Shown here piece by piece: positions 48,262 through 58,922 of a stretch of DNA of 64,000 nucleotides. The number at the start of each line of letters is the position of its first letter. Within the stretch, counting starts at the first letter, position 1. Under the pieces are notes generated by a model. The model made no database searches. It saw only the letters and a program-made list of their open reading frames with translations, and was not told where the DNA came from. This DNA comes from an uncultured virus (IMG/VR IMGVR_UViG_3300010282_000326) (taxonomy: Duplodnaviria > Heunggongvirae > Uroviricota > Caudoviricetes). The position numbers and the translations under genes are program-made. The DNA lies in the IMG/VR virus record IMGVR_UViG_3300010282_000326; one strand, written 5' to 3'.

Positions 48262-48459
48262 ATGAGATTACTGTACTATAAGTTCTTATTAGCATTAAAA
48301 GATTGTAAGTATATTACTCAATCAAAAAATGTAATTTGCTCAAGAAATATAAAAACGGGCAGTTATATGTTTTGGTATATGGATAAGTTGCATTTAACAT
48401 TATTTGATTCTTGTAAAGACAAGGATAGAGCGAAATTCAAATTAAATGTTTTGATTTAA
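48262..48459 (+). CDS. small hypothetical protein
   Basis: GGGGTG RBS, 65 aa. Confidence 0.55.
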   Translation: MRLLYYKFLLALKDCKYITQSKNVICSRNIKTGSYMFWYMDKLHLTLFDSCKDKDRAKFKLNVLI

Positions 48460-48470
48460 GGAGTATTCTT

Positions 48471-49211
48471 ATGTTATTTCAGTGTGTAAAAACTTATATT
48501 GGAAGTAAACAGGTAGTAGCCAATTTTCCTAACAAAAAGAGTATAGTGTTACGGGGTAGTAACGGAGAACAGATTTTGTATGTACTTGAGAGTCTTTTAT
48601 CGCAAGATTATACAAATTATTATTTAGACCTTGATAGAAAGAATTTTGGCTTATCTTATACAGAATTAGAAAAGCCATCTCAGTTAGATTTTACGAATGG
48701 CTTTATTTTAGGTAAGGATAGAACAGTTACATTTACTGGTCAAGTTCCAGCAATACATTGTATAAGGTATGTTGGTGATGGTACTGTAAGAAGTTTTCTT
48801 AGTTCTAAAGAAAAGCTATTTAGTTCACTTGATATAAATACCAAGCACTATAATAGTATATTACCTTTAGCAGTTTGGATGCGAATGCTTGCAGTAGTAA
48901 ATGATATTTTAGGTTTCAAGTTTGTTGATTTTGTTGATGGAGATATAGCTTTCAAGTTTGATGAAAATTCTGAATATAGTATTGATGCACAAAAGTTAGT
49001 ATATACTTTGGTTTCTGAATGCTTTTTAACACCACAAGGTTATGCAAGGGTGCTTTTATTATCAAATTTAGATTACCTTACAGTAAAGCAGAAAGTGCAT
49101 CTTATAGAGAAGATTGATAATTTACAAGAACATAGTGCTTTGATTACTACTTGTGATATCAGTATTGATGATGTTTCAGATAATTCTGCAATAACTTTTT
49201 TAAATGTTTAG
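48471..49211 (+). CDS. hypothetical protein
   Basis: AAGGAG RBS, 246 aa. Confidence 0.75.
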   Translation: MLFQCVKTYIGSKQVVANFPNKKSIVLRGSNGEQILYVLESLLSQDYTNYYLDLDRKNFGLSYTELEKPSQLDFTNGFILGKDRTVTFTGQVPAIHCIRYVGDGTVRSFLSSKEKLFSSLDINTKHYNSILPLAVWMRMLAVVNDILGFKFVDFVDGDIAFKFDENSEYSIDAQKLVYTLVSECFLTPQGYARVLLLSNLDYLTVKQKVHLIEKIDNLQEHSALITTCDISIDDVSDNSAITFLNV

Positions 49212-49263
49212 TTATTGCTTAATTCAACTTATAATCTATATAAATTATTTAGGAGGTTTTGTA

Positions 49264-49935
49264 ATGGAAATTAATGTTAAAGGCTCTGCAAGTCAGTTAG
49301 TTGACCCAGATTATATGACTTGCCGTATTAGTTTATTTGGTGTTTCTGCAGAGAAGGAACTTGCTGAAGCAAGTGTACTTAGTAGTTATGATAAAGTTAA
49401 AGAGTTTTTTGAAAGTAATGAAATTACTGAAAGTCTTAGAACCTCATCTTATGTTATTTCAGAGGAATATGAGAAAGTAAGTAAGAAGTTCGCAGATGAA
49501 AATCCGAATTATAAGCCTAAGTTTCTTGCTTTCCATGTAACTCAGGTTCTTGTTATAGATATTCCTATGGATATTAAACTTGTTATGAATTTCATTAACA
49601 ATGTTGCAAAGGTAAAGGAAGTTCAGATTTCAGTTGAGTATTATATCAAGGATAAAACAGAGGCTCAGACAGCAGTTATGCTTAAAGCTTTTGAGAAGGC
49701 TAAGGAAAAGGCTGTTGCTCTTGCAAAGAAAGTTAAGCCTTTTATCAATGCTGAAGTTATAGAACCTACAATGGTTAGTTATGTAATTCATGATTACAAT
49801 CACAGAAGCAATTTCAGGGGTTGCAATCTTGATGGAGCATATTTCGGGGCTAGTTTAGCAAATAAAGTAGCCGATTCAATCGAACCACAAAAGATAAGCA
49901 TTTCTGAGGAAGTAATTACAAAGTGGGAAGTTTAA
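49264..49935 (+). CDS. SIMPL (DUF541) domain protein
   Basis: INVKGSA...VDPD; AFEKAKEKAVALA; IEPQKISISEEVITKWEV; start reassigned after AGGAGG. Confidence 0.75.
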   Translation: MEINVKGSASQLVDPDYMTCRISLFGVSAEKELAEASVLSSYDKVKEFFESNEITESLRTSSYVISEEYEKVSKKFADENPNYKPKFLAFHVTQVLVIDIPMDIKLVMNFINNVAKVKEVQISVEYYIKDKTEAQTAVMLKAFEKAKEKAVALAKKVKPFINAEVIEPTMVSYVIHDYNHRSNFRGCNLDGAYFGASLANKVADSIEPQKISISEEVITKWEV

Positions 49936-49962
49936 TTTTAGTTTATTAGGAGTGTTAGTTTG

Positions 49963-51456
49963 ATGGCTGAGGAAGTTTTTCTTACACCAGAAGAGAGGTT
50001 ATCAGACCTTAGTAATACACTTATTCAGAGTATTATAAAGTCTGATGATGTTTCCTTAAATAATAGAAGATTCTTATTTGGGCAGGTAACACCTAAAGTA
50101 TTTAAGGATGAGAACTATATAATTTATACAGTTTTTTATTCCTTTAAGGATAAGGGTATTACTCCAGATGAAGATTTCTTGAGGATGTATCTTCTTAGAA
50201 ATACAAAGTTAATAAAGGAAAGTGCTGAATACATTGATTTAAAGGCTTATGCAGACCTTGATGAAGACCCAAATACAGCTTATGTAGCAGCAGTTACAAA
50301 GCATTTTGTTCGTTTACAAGGTTTAGATGTTGCAGAACCAGAGCCTTTTCGTTTAGCTTTAGAAAAGTATAAGGTTGAGTTCAGTAATTATGAAATAAAT
50401 AAAGCATATTCGCAGGCAAAACTTATACTTTATGATGGATTACAAGTTGGAAGAAGATACTATCAGGGGTATGATGATTCTGTTGCTTATGTTAAGAAGA
50501 AAGTAGCTGATATTGAGGCAGTATTAAATCACACAACAGGTGTTGGTTTTATTGATTCAAGAACAGCAGGTATTGAAGATGATAGTAATGAGGCTAAACC
50601 AATTAAAATTGGTGATTTTGGTCTTATAAATGAGTTAAACGATTATTTGCAGGGGTATTTTACCTCATATTTCTATAGTGTATTGGCACCGACCAAAGGT
50701 GGTAAATCTAAGTTTACAGCTAGAGCAATTCATAACATAGCTATTGAGCATGGATATAATTGTTCAGTTTGGGCACACGAAGGTGGTTATAAGGCTTGGT
50801 GGGCACAGTTAAGGGCTATTCATTTTGAATATCTTTATATAAGAAATAAGAGTGAAAATGAAAGAGTAGCTCCACTATCCCAGAAAGATATACTTGAGGA
50901 TAGATATCCATCTGAGGAAATTCGTAGTTTGGAAAATGCTTCAAGGTTAGACTTATTTACAAATCCAAATTACGGGGTAATAAATATGATTGATAGACCA
51001 TTTAAGGTAGAAACATTCATAGATGAAATTGAAACCTCTGTTCAGTTAAATGACAGTAAAGCGGTACTTATCGACTATTTGCAGTTGATAGGTTGGGATA
51101 CTAAAGGTCTTTCAAAGCCACAAGCCATTGGTCAGGCTTATCAGGCATTACTTGCTTATTGTAAGAAGAGAAATGTTATGGCTATATCACCATCACAGTT
51201 TACTCAAGATTTCATGAATGAGATGGCTAAGTCGAGGGATGGTCAGAGTCATGAGGTTCGTACAGCAGGTGGTGAAAGTTCTGAGATTATAAGAACACCA
51301 GATATAAACATCGCTTTATATGCAAGTACAGAAGACCTTATGAGAAGGAAAATGACTATAATGTCTGTTCCATCTCGTTTAGCAGAGCCTTTCCCAAATA
51401 TAGAAATATATTGTGACCTTTGTAGTTGTGTATTTTCAAGTATAGGAGAAGAGTGA
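49963..51456 (+). CDS. DnaB-like (SF4) replicative helicase
   Basis: Walker A APTKGGKS, HE, Walker B VLIDYLQL, SPSQ, I.RTPD. Confidence 0.8.
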   Translation: MAEEVFLTPEERLSDLSNTLIQSIIKSDDVSLNNRRFLFGQVTPKVFKDENYIIYTVFYSFKDKGITPDEDFLRMYLLRNTKLIKESAEYIDLKAYADLDEDPNTAYVAAVTKHFVRLQGLDVAEPEPFRLALEKYKVEFSNYEINKAYSQAKLILYDGLQVGRRYYQGYDDSVAYVKKKVADIEAVLNHTTGVGFIDSRTAGIEDDSNEAKPIKIGDFGLINELNDYLQGYFTSYFYSVLAPTKGGKSKFTARAIHNIAIEHGYNCSVWAHEGGYKAWWAQLRAIHFEYLYIRNKSENERVAPLSQKDILEDRYPSEEIRSLENASRLDLFTNPNYGVINMIDRPFKVETFIDEIETSVQLNDSKAVLIDYLQLIGWDTKGLSKPQAIGQAYQALLAYCKKRNVMAISPSQFTQDFMNEMAKSRDGQSHEVRTAGGESSEIIRTPDINIALYASTEDLMRRKMTIMSVPSRLAEPFPNIEIYCDLCSCVFSSIGEE

Positions 51457-51695
51457 TGGGTTTTAAGGTAACAAGAAATGGTAGACAAGTTCGATATTGT
51501 CAATCAATGCAGGCTGTAAAAAGTTTTATAGATAGTTGTCTTACAGAGTTAAATCAAAAGTCTGTTAAAATAATTGATAGTAAAGTAGGCAATTATCAAA
51601 TTGAAGTATATGAGTATGAACAAGGGGTACGAGACGATTTTATAATCGAAGATGTAAGCTATCATATAAAAGCTTTAAGAGCAAGAACAGCTTAA
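51456..51695 (+). CDS. small hypothetical protein
   Basis: ATG overlaps the helicase TGA (TGATG). Confidence 0.65.
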   Translation: MGFKVTRNGRQVRYCQSMQAVKSFIDSCLTELNQKSVKIIDSKVGNYQIEVYEYEQGVRDDFIIEDVSYHIKALRARTA

Positions 51696-51942
51696 AAATT
51701 GAAGGTAATTTCGGTTTACCCTAGTTCTCTTGATAAAAGGTTTTTGGGTTTATTTTTTATAAAGTAGCCTATAAAGATAGTGTCAATTTAGACTCAAAAT
51801 GAAGTAAAAAATTCTTAAGATTTGGTCGATTTCAGAATTTTTTGGATTTTTTAATATTTTGAATATCAAAATATTTATCGTTGTAACTATGAAGGCTTGG
51901 CATTTAATTGAAAAGATATTTTTTCAAGAAAGGATGATTTGT

Positions 51943-52140
51943 ATGAAGATTAAAAAGGTTTGCAAAGTATTAGGGATTGTTTCAGGGGTAGTTGTTCTTG
52001 TGTATGTTGTAAAGAAAATCGTTGATGTTGTTAAATATGAGGATGACTTCTATGACGATGACTTTGAGGATTATTGTGATGATTTCGAAGATGATTTCGA
52101 TGATTATGATTCAGAGGAAGAATCTGATATAGATGCTTAA
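51943..52140 (+). CDS. small membrane protein with acidic tail
   Basis: AAGGA RBS; one TM then D/E-rich tail. Confidence 0.65.
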   Translation: MKIKKVCKVLGIVSGVVVLVYVVKKIVDVVKYEDDFYDDDFEDYCDDFEDDFDDYDSEEESDIDA

Positions 52141-52157
52141 ATGCAAGGGTTAAGTTT

Positions 52158-52194
52158 AAAGGGTTGTTTTAAGATAACAGCCCTTTTATTTTTT
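52158..52194 (+). terminator. intrinsic terminator
   Basis: AAAGGGTTGTT / AACAGCCCTTT plus T-run. Confidence 0.75.
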
Positions 52195-52273
52195 GAGAAT
52201 TGTAGTAATGATATTTTTTTAACTTAATTGTTGAAGAATTCGATTAAAGATTTAATTGATGGAAGGTGATACA

Positions 52274-52651
52274 ATGAAAATATCTGATATAATTGAAAAA
52301 ATTAAAAGTTCTGAAATTATCAAGCTGATAGCGGATGAAGCAGACATTCAAGGGGTAGAACGAGGAACAATACTTGGTTTCCGAGTTAAGGCTTATGATA
52401 TTGATAGTGATAGTTATAACTTCTATGATTTTAGTAAGAATATGGTAAAGGACATTAAGGAAATTACTGAGTATATCAATAGTAGTTATAAAAATATGAA
52501 TGCTGAAAAGTTACATTGGAAGAATGGCATTCTTCAAACAGATAATGAGGCTAATGGAACAGTTAAAGTTTTAGAACTGAAAGATCAGAATCATATTTTA
52601 AATGTATTACTTCCAGTAATTAGAGTTTGTAAGATAAAGGAGGCTAAATAA
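52274..52651 (+). CDS. hypothetical protein
   Basis: Start reassigned to ATG 52274; coupled to the next gene. Confidence 0.7.
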   Translation: MKISDIIEKIKSSEIIKLIADEADIQGVERGTILGFRVKAYDIDSDSYNFYDFSKNMVKDIKEITEYINSSYKNMNAEKLHWKNGILQTDNEANGTVKVLELKDQNHILNVLLPVIRVCKIKEAK

Positions 52652-55600
52652 TGTTTAAATTAGTGGGTGTAACTGAACAAGATGGACAAAAAGCCTTCGC
52701 AATATTAAATAGTGAGGGTACTATAGAAGCAATTACAGAAACCGATATGAAAATCGGTCTTAATTATAAATTAAATGTTGAAGGTGCTTCTTTAGATGAC
52801 TCAGGTGAGATAGTTTATAATCCAAGTTTGGATTTTAAAGAAGATGATGACGAAGAAGATTATGAGACAGAGTATGTTGAAGATGAAGATGATGAAGAAG
52901 ATTATGATGAGACTACAGATGAAATAGAGTTACAGCTTAGTAGATATGCTAAGCGTCTTACAAGTATAATGGAGAAGTCACCAGATGAAATTGTTGCACA
53001 GTTAAAAAATATTTGGGAGACAGGTTCAACTGAAACACTTGTGCAAGGTACTTCTGAAGAATATGGTGTTGTTCAATTTCAGGCTACTTATGAAGATGAA
53101 GATTATATTTGGGGTATTGATAATGAATGGTATGATGATTTAGATGATGCCATTGATGATTATATAGGCTTCATTAATGATTCAGATGGTACTGATTCTT
53201 ATGGAAATGATGAAGAAGAGTACGATGATGATATTGAAGAAGATGATGAGGAAGACTATGAAGATGCTTCTGATTTAAGTGAAGAAGAAGCTGAGGAGTT
53301 AAAGAGAGAACAGTGGGAAGAAGCCACTGATGGTAATGTATATTTTGATGGTGAGAATTTTGTATATAAGACAAATAAGATAATCTTACCAAACTTTAAT
53401 AATGGTGATTTTTCAGACCCGACAAAGAAGTTTTGGGGTAATGTTTCTGATTTTAATTTCGATGAAGATGATGAGACAGACTCTGATGTAGATAAAGCTA
53501 CATTATCTACACAAGAAAAGTTATTCTCATATTTAGATGAGAATAAGATGCAGTTACTCCAAAAATACTTTTTGTATATGAGCCAGTTTATATTTGAATT
53601 AGACAGAGGAAATATTGCGTTAAAACCGAGTAAAAAGGCTGATTTTGATGCAGTAAGGGCAGCAGGTAGAGACCTTGGACATAGTTGGTATTATGCAGGT
53701 TTTGTAGACATGGGTTACAGGGGTACTAGTGTATGTCCTAATTGTGGAGTTAGACTTAGATATAATGCAATTAGTAGTTGTTGCCATATGCCAGTTTATC
53801 GTTTAGATGTTGAAAAGGATGGTAAAACAACATTAGTTAATGATGATGGTAATGCATTAGGTGTTTGGAAGAGAACTCATAATGGTCAGTGTATAAAATG
53901 TGGTGCTAAATGTGATTGTGTTAGAACTAAGGTTGGTACTAGAGAAATAGATAGAAATTCAAATGACCTTATTTGTGCTAACTGTGGTACAGTTGTTCAG
54001 CAAAGTAATCACTATTGCACATTAAATCATCAGACAAGATTTATACATTTAGCTTGGGATATCACTAATAGTGATATGGAAACATTCAATGGTCAGGTTA
54101 TAAATGCAGACATAAATAATATTATCGAGTCAACAAACTGTATAAAGTTTGGTCTTGATTGTGTTGCTGATTTCTTTGAAATAGCTAAAGATAGTACGGC
54201 TTTTCAGGTACTTAAGAAAGTACAAACTACTTGTTGTACTGATATGGCAGAAATGGCTGAACTTTATGAAAGTCATAATGGTGATATATCAGAAATAAAT
54301 GATAGCTTTACAATATTAGATGATTTAGTACCGAAGTTAATATTAAAAGGTGTTAAATATACCTTTATGAAGAAGGATACCTACATTCCAACACAGTTAC
54401 TTAAGCTTTATGTTGAAATGAGAAAGGTTGGTTTACTTATTCCTCGTTCAATGATTAAGTTTATAAGAAACTATTTAGTTGACTGGAATTTAACAGAGGA
54501 TAAGTTCTCAGATGGCTCTAAGAAGTTTCAGCATTTAGGTAACTCTATTGGAAATATAAGTGGTGCTAAGAAAAACACAAATGATAGTTATGATAGTATC
54601 GGTAGAGTAGCTGAGGTGTTAAATGATGGTTGGAATAACATTCAAAATGTAATAGATAGTTGGAAAGCAGGTTATCAGCGTTGGGGTACTCCAAGTAATT
54701 TTACTTCAAGGTATCTTACAGCATTTTTCTTATATAAGTTATGTGGTTTTTATGAGTATGATGCAGAAAAGTACACAGATGAAGGTGGTAGAGGTAAAGG
54801 ACATCAAAAAGAACTTGCTGAGTTTTATTCGAGTTTGGATTCTTCAGTGAGAAAAGATTTTAATGTTATTGACTATAGTTATGATTTTGTATCTAAGTTA
54901 AATGATGTAGTGAATTATCTCGATATTGATTCTAACTTAGCTACTATACGAAAGGCACTTATGTCACCTCATATAAGTAAAAATTATGATGGAGTTTATG
55001 AGAAAGATTCTGAAAGAGAAGATTTTAATAAGGATGTTATAATGGCTTATAATGCAGACATCTTACTTAAGATTGCTGAACTTGAAAAGTTAACTGATTA
55101 TGCTTATTATAGAAAGATAATAAGAAATGAGTTAACTGTTACAATTGATGATTATAAAAATAGTATTCAGCCGATATTTTGGCTTGAAGAGCAAAGTAAG
55201 AACTTTAAGTCTTTTGCTGACAGCTATATTGATGAATTAGTCTTTAAGAAAAATGAAGCTGAAGCTATAGCAAAGCAGGAAAGAGAACAAGAAAGACAAA
55301 GAGAACTTGCTAAGATGCAGATGGAAGAGGAACTTAAAAAACAAGCTCAGGTTGTGCAGCAAGCTACTCCAGTTAGTAATTCACCTGCTAAAACAAAGAA
55401 AGAAGTTATTGATTGGTTATCTAATGCAGACCTCAGTGCACATAAGAGCAGTGAATTGGCAATTAAAATTCTTGATACTGTAAAAGGAAAAGATACTTGT
55501 ACTGATAATCAGTTTTATTACCTTAAAAAGTTATATGAGGAAGAATCTGGTATGAAGTTTGAAGGTACACAACAAGGTGGTAAAATGGCTTCAGCAGATA

Positions 55601-55773
55601 GTATTTCAGACGAGGATATAAAAGTAATTGATTATATGCTTGCACATAGAGACTTATTAGATGGTAAAACTTTAGCTATAATTGATTCTGTAAAGAAATA
55701 CGGAAAGGCTACAGAAAGACAAAGAAAGTATGTAGATATAGCTATTGAAAAGTATAAAGAAGTAGAAGGATGA
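52651..55773 (+). CDS. large protein with acidic N-terminus, Cys-rich zinc-ribbon region and duplicated C-terminal helical module
   Basis: CPNC, CIKC, CANC, CTLNH, FGLDC; C-terminal repeats ILDTVK...TDNQ and IIDSVK...TERQ. Confidence 0.8.
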   Translation: MFKLVGVTEQDGQKAFAILNSEGTIEAITETDMKIGLNYKLNVEGASLDDSGEIVYNPSLDFKEDDDEEDYETEYVEDEDDEEDYDETTDEIELQLSRYAKRLTSIMEKSPDEIVAQLKNIWETGSTETLVQGTSEEYGVVQFQATYEDEDYIWGIDNEWYDDLDDAIDDYIGFINDSDGTDSYGNDEEEYDDDIEEDDEEDYEDASDLSEEEAEELKREQWEEATDGNVYFDGENFVYKTNKIILPNFNNGDFSDPTKKFWGNVSDFNFDEDDETDSDVDKATLSTQEKLFSYLDENKMQLLQKYFLYMSQFIFELDRGNIALKPSKKADFDAVRAAGRDLGHSWYYAGFVDMGYRGTSVCPNCGVRLRYNAISSCCHMPVYRLDVEKDGKTTLVNDDGNALGVWKRTHNGQCIKCGAKCDCVRTKVGTREIDRNSNDLICANCGTVVQQSNHYCTLNHQTRFIHLAWDITNSDMETFNGQVINADINNIIESTNCIKFGLDCVADFFEIAKDSTAFQVLKKVQTTCCTDMAEMAELYESHNGDISEINDSFTILDDLVPKLILKGVKYTFMKKDTYIPTQLLKLYVEMRKVGLLIPRSMIKFIRNYLVDWNLTEDKFSDGSKKFQHLGNSIGNISGAKKNTNDSYDSIGRVAEVLNDGWNNIQNVIDSWKAGYQRWGTPSNFTSRYLTAFFLYKLCGFYEYDAEKYTDEGGRGKGHQKELAEFYSSLDSSVRKDFNVIDYSYDFVSKLNDVVNYLDIDSNLATIRKALMSPHISKNYDGVYEKDSEREDFNKDVIMAYNADILLKIAELEKLTDYAYYRKIIRNELTVTIDDYKNSIQPIFWLEEQSKNFKSFADSYIDELVFKKNEAEAIAKQEREQERQRELAKMQMEEELKKQAQVVQQATPVSNSPAKTKKEVIDWLSNADLSAHKSSELAIKILDTVKGKDTCTDNQFYYLKKLYEEESGMKFEGTQQGGKMASADSISDEDIKVIDYMLAHRDLLDGKTLAIIDSVKKYGKATERQRKYVDIAIEKYKEVEG

Positions 55774-55777
55774 TATA

Positions 55778-56011
55778 ATGGTTAGGTATCGAATTGAAGT
55801 TTTAGCCCTTAATATTAATGGTTGGAATAGTGTAAGAGGAAAAATAGGTTATGTTTCACAATTTAATAATAGAGATTTCTCTTATAATTGCAATGATTTA
55901 CAAGCTCTCACTTTTGAGAACAAAAAAGATGCTGAAATAGCTTTGAGGATGGTTAAAGGGGTAGTTGAATACAAGAATTTACCTTGCAAAGTTTCTTTAG
56001 AGGCGTTCTAA
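55778..56011 (+). CDS. small hypothetical protein
   Basis: 77 aa, tightly packed in operon. Confidence 0.65.
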   Translation: MVRYRIEVLALNINGWNSVRGKIGYVSQFNNRDFSYNCNDLQALTFENKKDAEIALRMVKGVVEYKNLPCKVSLEAF

Positions 56012-56229
56012 TGGTTGATTTTAAGGTCATATTTTACAAAATACAGACATATCAAATGTCTAAGAGTGATTTTAATAGATTAGAAAAGAAGGTTAAAGAA
56101 GCTATTGCATTGTGTTTAATTCATGCTTATTCAAGAGACGAGGCTAAAATTTCAGTACTTATGAGGTATTATTTTGTAGGTAAAGAAAATAAACATATAT
56201 TAGAGGAGATGAAAGAAAAGTATGGTTAG
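56011..56229 (+). CDS. small hypothetical protein
   Basis: ATG overlaps the preceding TAA. Confidence 0.6.
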   Translation: MVDFKVIFYKIQTYQMSKSDFNRLEKKVKEAIALCLIHAYSRDEAKISVLMRYYFVGKENKHILEEMKEKYG

Positions 56230-56857
56230 TTATTTTGCAGCTAGTGAATTTAATAGTGAGTTTGGTAAGTTTAACCTTATCAGACTTTCAGATTTAGTAC
56301 CGCAGTCTTATGATAAGGGTACTGTAGAACAGCTTTATAGGACTCAAGTAGAAAATTTAAGTTTTAGCGAAGATTCCTTTGGAAAGTATAAAGATGATTC
56401 ATGTGAATATATGAGTAACTTTTATAAATCTGAGGGACTTAAAACTAATGATTACTTGTTAAAGTTTTATGAGGATGAAGTAGTTTTACGGTTTCGTGGA
56501 AGTAAAGATGGTTTTCGTTTCAAGCTTACAAATATAATGCCAGAGCGAGGTGCTTCTGATTCAGAACCAAGTTTTGTGCAGGAAAATGGATATTTTGGGG
56601 TAGAAACAAATTCTGAAGATATGTGTATTTTTGCAGGAGTTCCTTTATCAGAGGATTTTAATGGAGAGAAACATTTACATCTGCTTTTTATCTATAAAGA
56701 TGGGGATTACCTTTATTTAAACTTCTTAGTTGAGATAGAGGATTCTAAAATACGATTAAATGTTGTAATCGATTTAGAAGGTGAAGGTATTTATAAGGTG
56801 GTATCTAACCATAGAATGCATATTTTTGATGAATATATTGAGATTGCAGAGTTATGA
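56222..56857 (+). CDS. hypothetical protein
   Basis: 211 aa, overlaps the preceding gene. Confidence 0.75.
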   Translation: MVSYFAASEFNSEFGKFNLIRLSDLVPQSYDKGTVEQLYRTQVENLSFSEDSFGKYKDDSCEYMSNFYKSEGLKTNDYLLKFYEDEVVLRFRGSKDGFRFKLTNIMPERGASDSEPSFVQENGYFGVETNSEDMCIFAGVPLSEDFNGEKHLHLLFIYKDGDYLYLNFLVEIEDSKIRLNVVIDLEGEGIYKVVSNHRMHIFDEYIEIAEL

Positions 56858-56919
56858 TATTTAACTCGTAATATAAATGTAATTTTATTAGTATTTATTT
56901 TTGCAAGGAGGAATTAACA

Positions 56920-57618
56920 ATGTCTAATATCAAAGATGACACACAAGCAAAACAGAAGAGTCAACAGGCAGCTCAGAAGGCGAAACAGCTTCCTAGTAGC
57001 ACTCAGTATGCTATTGTTCAGGTTCTGCCAAATATATTAAATGGCTGTTTTTGGGGCTTTACAGACTTGAACGATATCAAGAAACATTATGAGGCTTTAA
57101 AGCAGGATAAGAATATTCAGGCAAGAAAGCTTGGTAATGCTTGTCTTTTAGAGGTTGAGCCATCTTATCTGCTTAAGGCAGTTCAGATGATTGATACTAA
57201 TGCTATCAATCAGAAGGATATCGAAGTTATGAAGAAGGCTATGTTTGATGCTGAATATGAATTTGAAAAGTTCATTATTCGTTCAGCTCAGAGTAAGTCA
57301 GGTTTTGGAGGTACTATAGGTATCTACTGTACCAATGATTCAACTGCAATCACATATAAAGGTACAAGATATCCTGCTTTCAGACTTAATCTTCAGAAAG
57401 TAGTTAAGTATCTGATGCAGTATAATTATGCAATACAGATAAATGGAAAGTTTATTCCAGCATCTCAAGCAGCTCAAAATGGACAGGCACTTTTTGAGGC
57501 TTTGAATTTGAGTCCAACAAATACTGGTGCATTCTTAAATATCAAGTACTTAGGTACTCCAGAGCAGGGCAAGCAATATGAAACACAGTTCAAGGCTAAG
57601 TATGGACTTAAGAAGTAG
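56920..57618 (+). CDS. hypothetical protein
   Basis: AAGGAGG RBS; followed by a terminator. Confidence 0.8.
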   Translation: MSNIKDDTQAKQKSQQAAQKAKQLPSSTQYAIVQVLPNILNGCFWGFTDLNDIKKHYEALKQDKNIQARKLGNACLLEVEPSYLLKAVQMIDTNAINQKDIEVMKKAMFDAEYEFEKFIIRSAQSKSGFGGTIGIYCTNDSTAITYKGTRYPAFRLNLQKVVKYLMQYNYAIQINGKFIPASQAAQNGQALFEALNLSPTNTGAFLNIKYLGTPEQGKQYETQFKAKYGLKK

Positions 57619-57645
57619 TGGAATTTTTTCACAATCTTCAATCAT

Positions 57646-57678
57646 AGGGGTAGTTCTCTGAGACTACCCCTTATTTTT
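57646..57678 (+). terminator. intrinsic terminator
   Basis: AGGGGTAGT / ACTACCCCT plus T-run. Confidence 0.8.
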
Positions 57679-57698
57679 GAATTTAGGGGGTTATTGAT

Positions 57699-58022
57699 AT
57701 GACAAGGAAACAATCAAGAAAAGTTGGTATAGCTGTAAGTATAATTATAATCTCAGTAATATTTATTATAGTTTTTGTTAAATTTAATAAATTACATAAT
57801 AAAATATTATCAAATGGTCAAGCTTTTACTGCTGAGTGTGTAAGAACTTATGAAGTTCAAGACCCACCAGATGAGCCTATACCTCAATCTGAGTTTAAGA
57901 TACTCACACCAGAGGAATATAGGGGTTATAGTATTGTAGAAGGACAAAAGTATAATGTAGGCGATACTATAAAAGGTAAGTTTGTTATAGAAGAAGGTAA
58001 TTTCGTTTATATTAAAGAGTAA
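57699..58022 (+). CDS. small membrane protein
   Basis: N-terminal TM segment. Confidence 0.7.
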   Translation: MTRKQSRKVGIAVSIIIISVIFIIVFVKFNKLHNKILSNGQAFTAECVRTYEVQDPPDEPIPQSEFKILTPEEYRGYSIVEGQKYNVGDTIKGKFVIEEGNFVYIKE

Positions 58023-58035
58023 AGGAGAGGTAGTT

Positions 58036-58143
58036 ATGCAGTTTTTAGTTGTTTTTATCCTATCAGTTATAGCTATATTTGATACAGCTTGTATTTTGGT
58101 TGCTTTGACACCAGATGAACTTGCAGAAGAGGTTAAATTATAA
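58036..58143 (+). CDS. 35-aa hydrophobic microprotein (absent from the ORF track)
   Basis: MQFLVVFILSVIAIFDTACILVALTPDELAEEVKL; GGAGAGG RBS; fills the operon gap. Confidence 0.55.
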   Translation: MQFLVVFILSVIAIFDTACILVALTPDELAEEVKL

Positions 58144-58146
58144 TCA

Positions 58147-58920
58147 ATGAAGATTTTTATTTTTCTTGGCTTGAGTATAGTTGCTTACATTGCATTTATG
58201 CAAATTATATTTAAGTTATTATTCAAAGTCAAGCAGTCTATAACAACAAAGTTCATATTAAAACTTATAACTTATGTAGGGGTATTCATAATAATTTTGG
58301 GGTATCTAAATCATTATGACCTTACAAAGAATGTAGGTAAAACATTATTTCAGAGTAGTGCAGTTATAGTTGCAATATTAACTTTTTCTGCACAAAAGTT
58401 CTTAGGTAATGTTATTTCAGGTATTGCTTTAACCTTTCAAAAGCCATTTGAACTTGGTGAGAAAGTGCAATTAAAGTCAACTGGAGGAAATATAGTTGTT
58501 GAGGGTTATATTATAGATATAACTATTAGACATACTTCAATTAAGCAAGTAGATGGTAAGGTTTGCTTAGTACCTAATAGTGTTATAGATGAGCTTGTTG
58601 TTGTAAATAGTAATACTCTTGAAAACATGGGGTATCCATTTTATATGTTTTGTAGTTTTGATTCTGATGTTGAATTAGCTATTGAGTTAATGCAGGAAGA
58701 GATTGATAAAAATAAACGAACAATAAAGACAGATGAAGTAACAAATAGAGTTCTTTGTTCAGAAGTTGCTGATGATGGTTTTAAGCTTCAGGCGATTATT
58801 TGGACAGATAATATAACAGATAACTTTAAGGCTTGTTCTGAATTAAGAATAAGTATATTTAAAGCTTGGCAAGAACATGGTATTGACATACCATATAAAA
58901 CAATAACAATAAAGGAGTAA
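58147..58920 (+). CDS. mscS: MscS-family mechanosensitive channel
   Basis: Three TMs; LGNVISGI...KPFELGE, EG...DITIRHT, VPNS, GIDIPY. Confidence 0.9.
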   Translation: MKIFIFLGLSIVAYIAFMQIIFKLLFKVKQSITTKFILKLITYVGVFIIILGYLNHYDLTKNVGKTLFQSSAVIVAILTFSAQKFLGNVISGIALTFQKPFELGEKVQLKSTGGNIVVEGYIIDITIRHTSIKQVDGKVCLVPNSVIDELVVVNSNTLENMGYPFYMFCSFDSDVELAIELMQEEIDKNKRTIKTDEVTNRVLCSEVADDGFKLQAIIWTDNITDNFKACSELRISIFKAWQEHGIDIPYKTITIKE

Positions 58921-58922
58921 AA

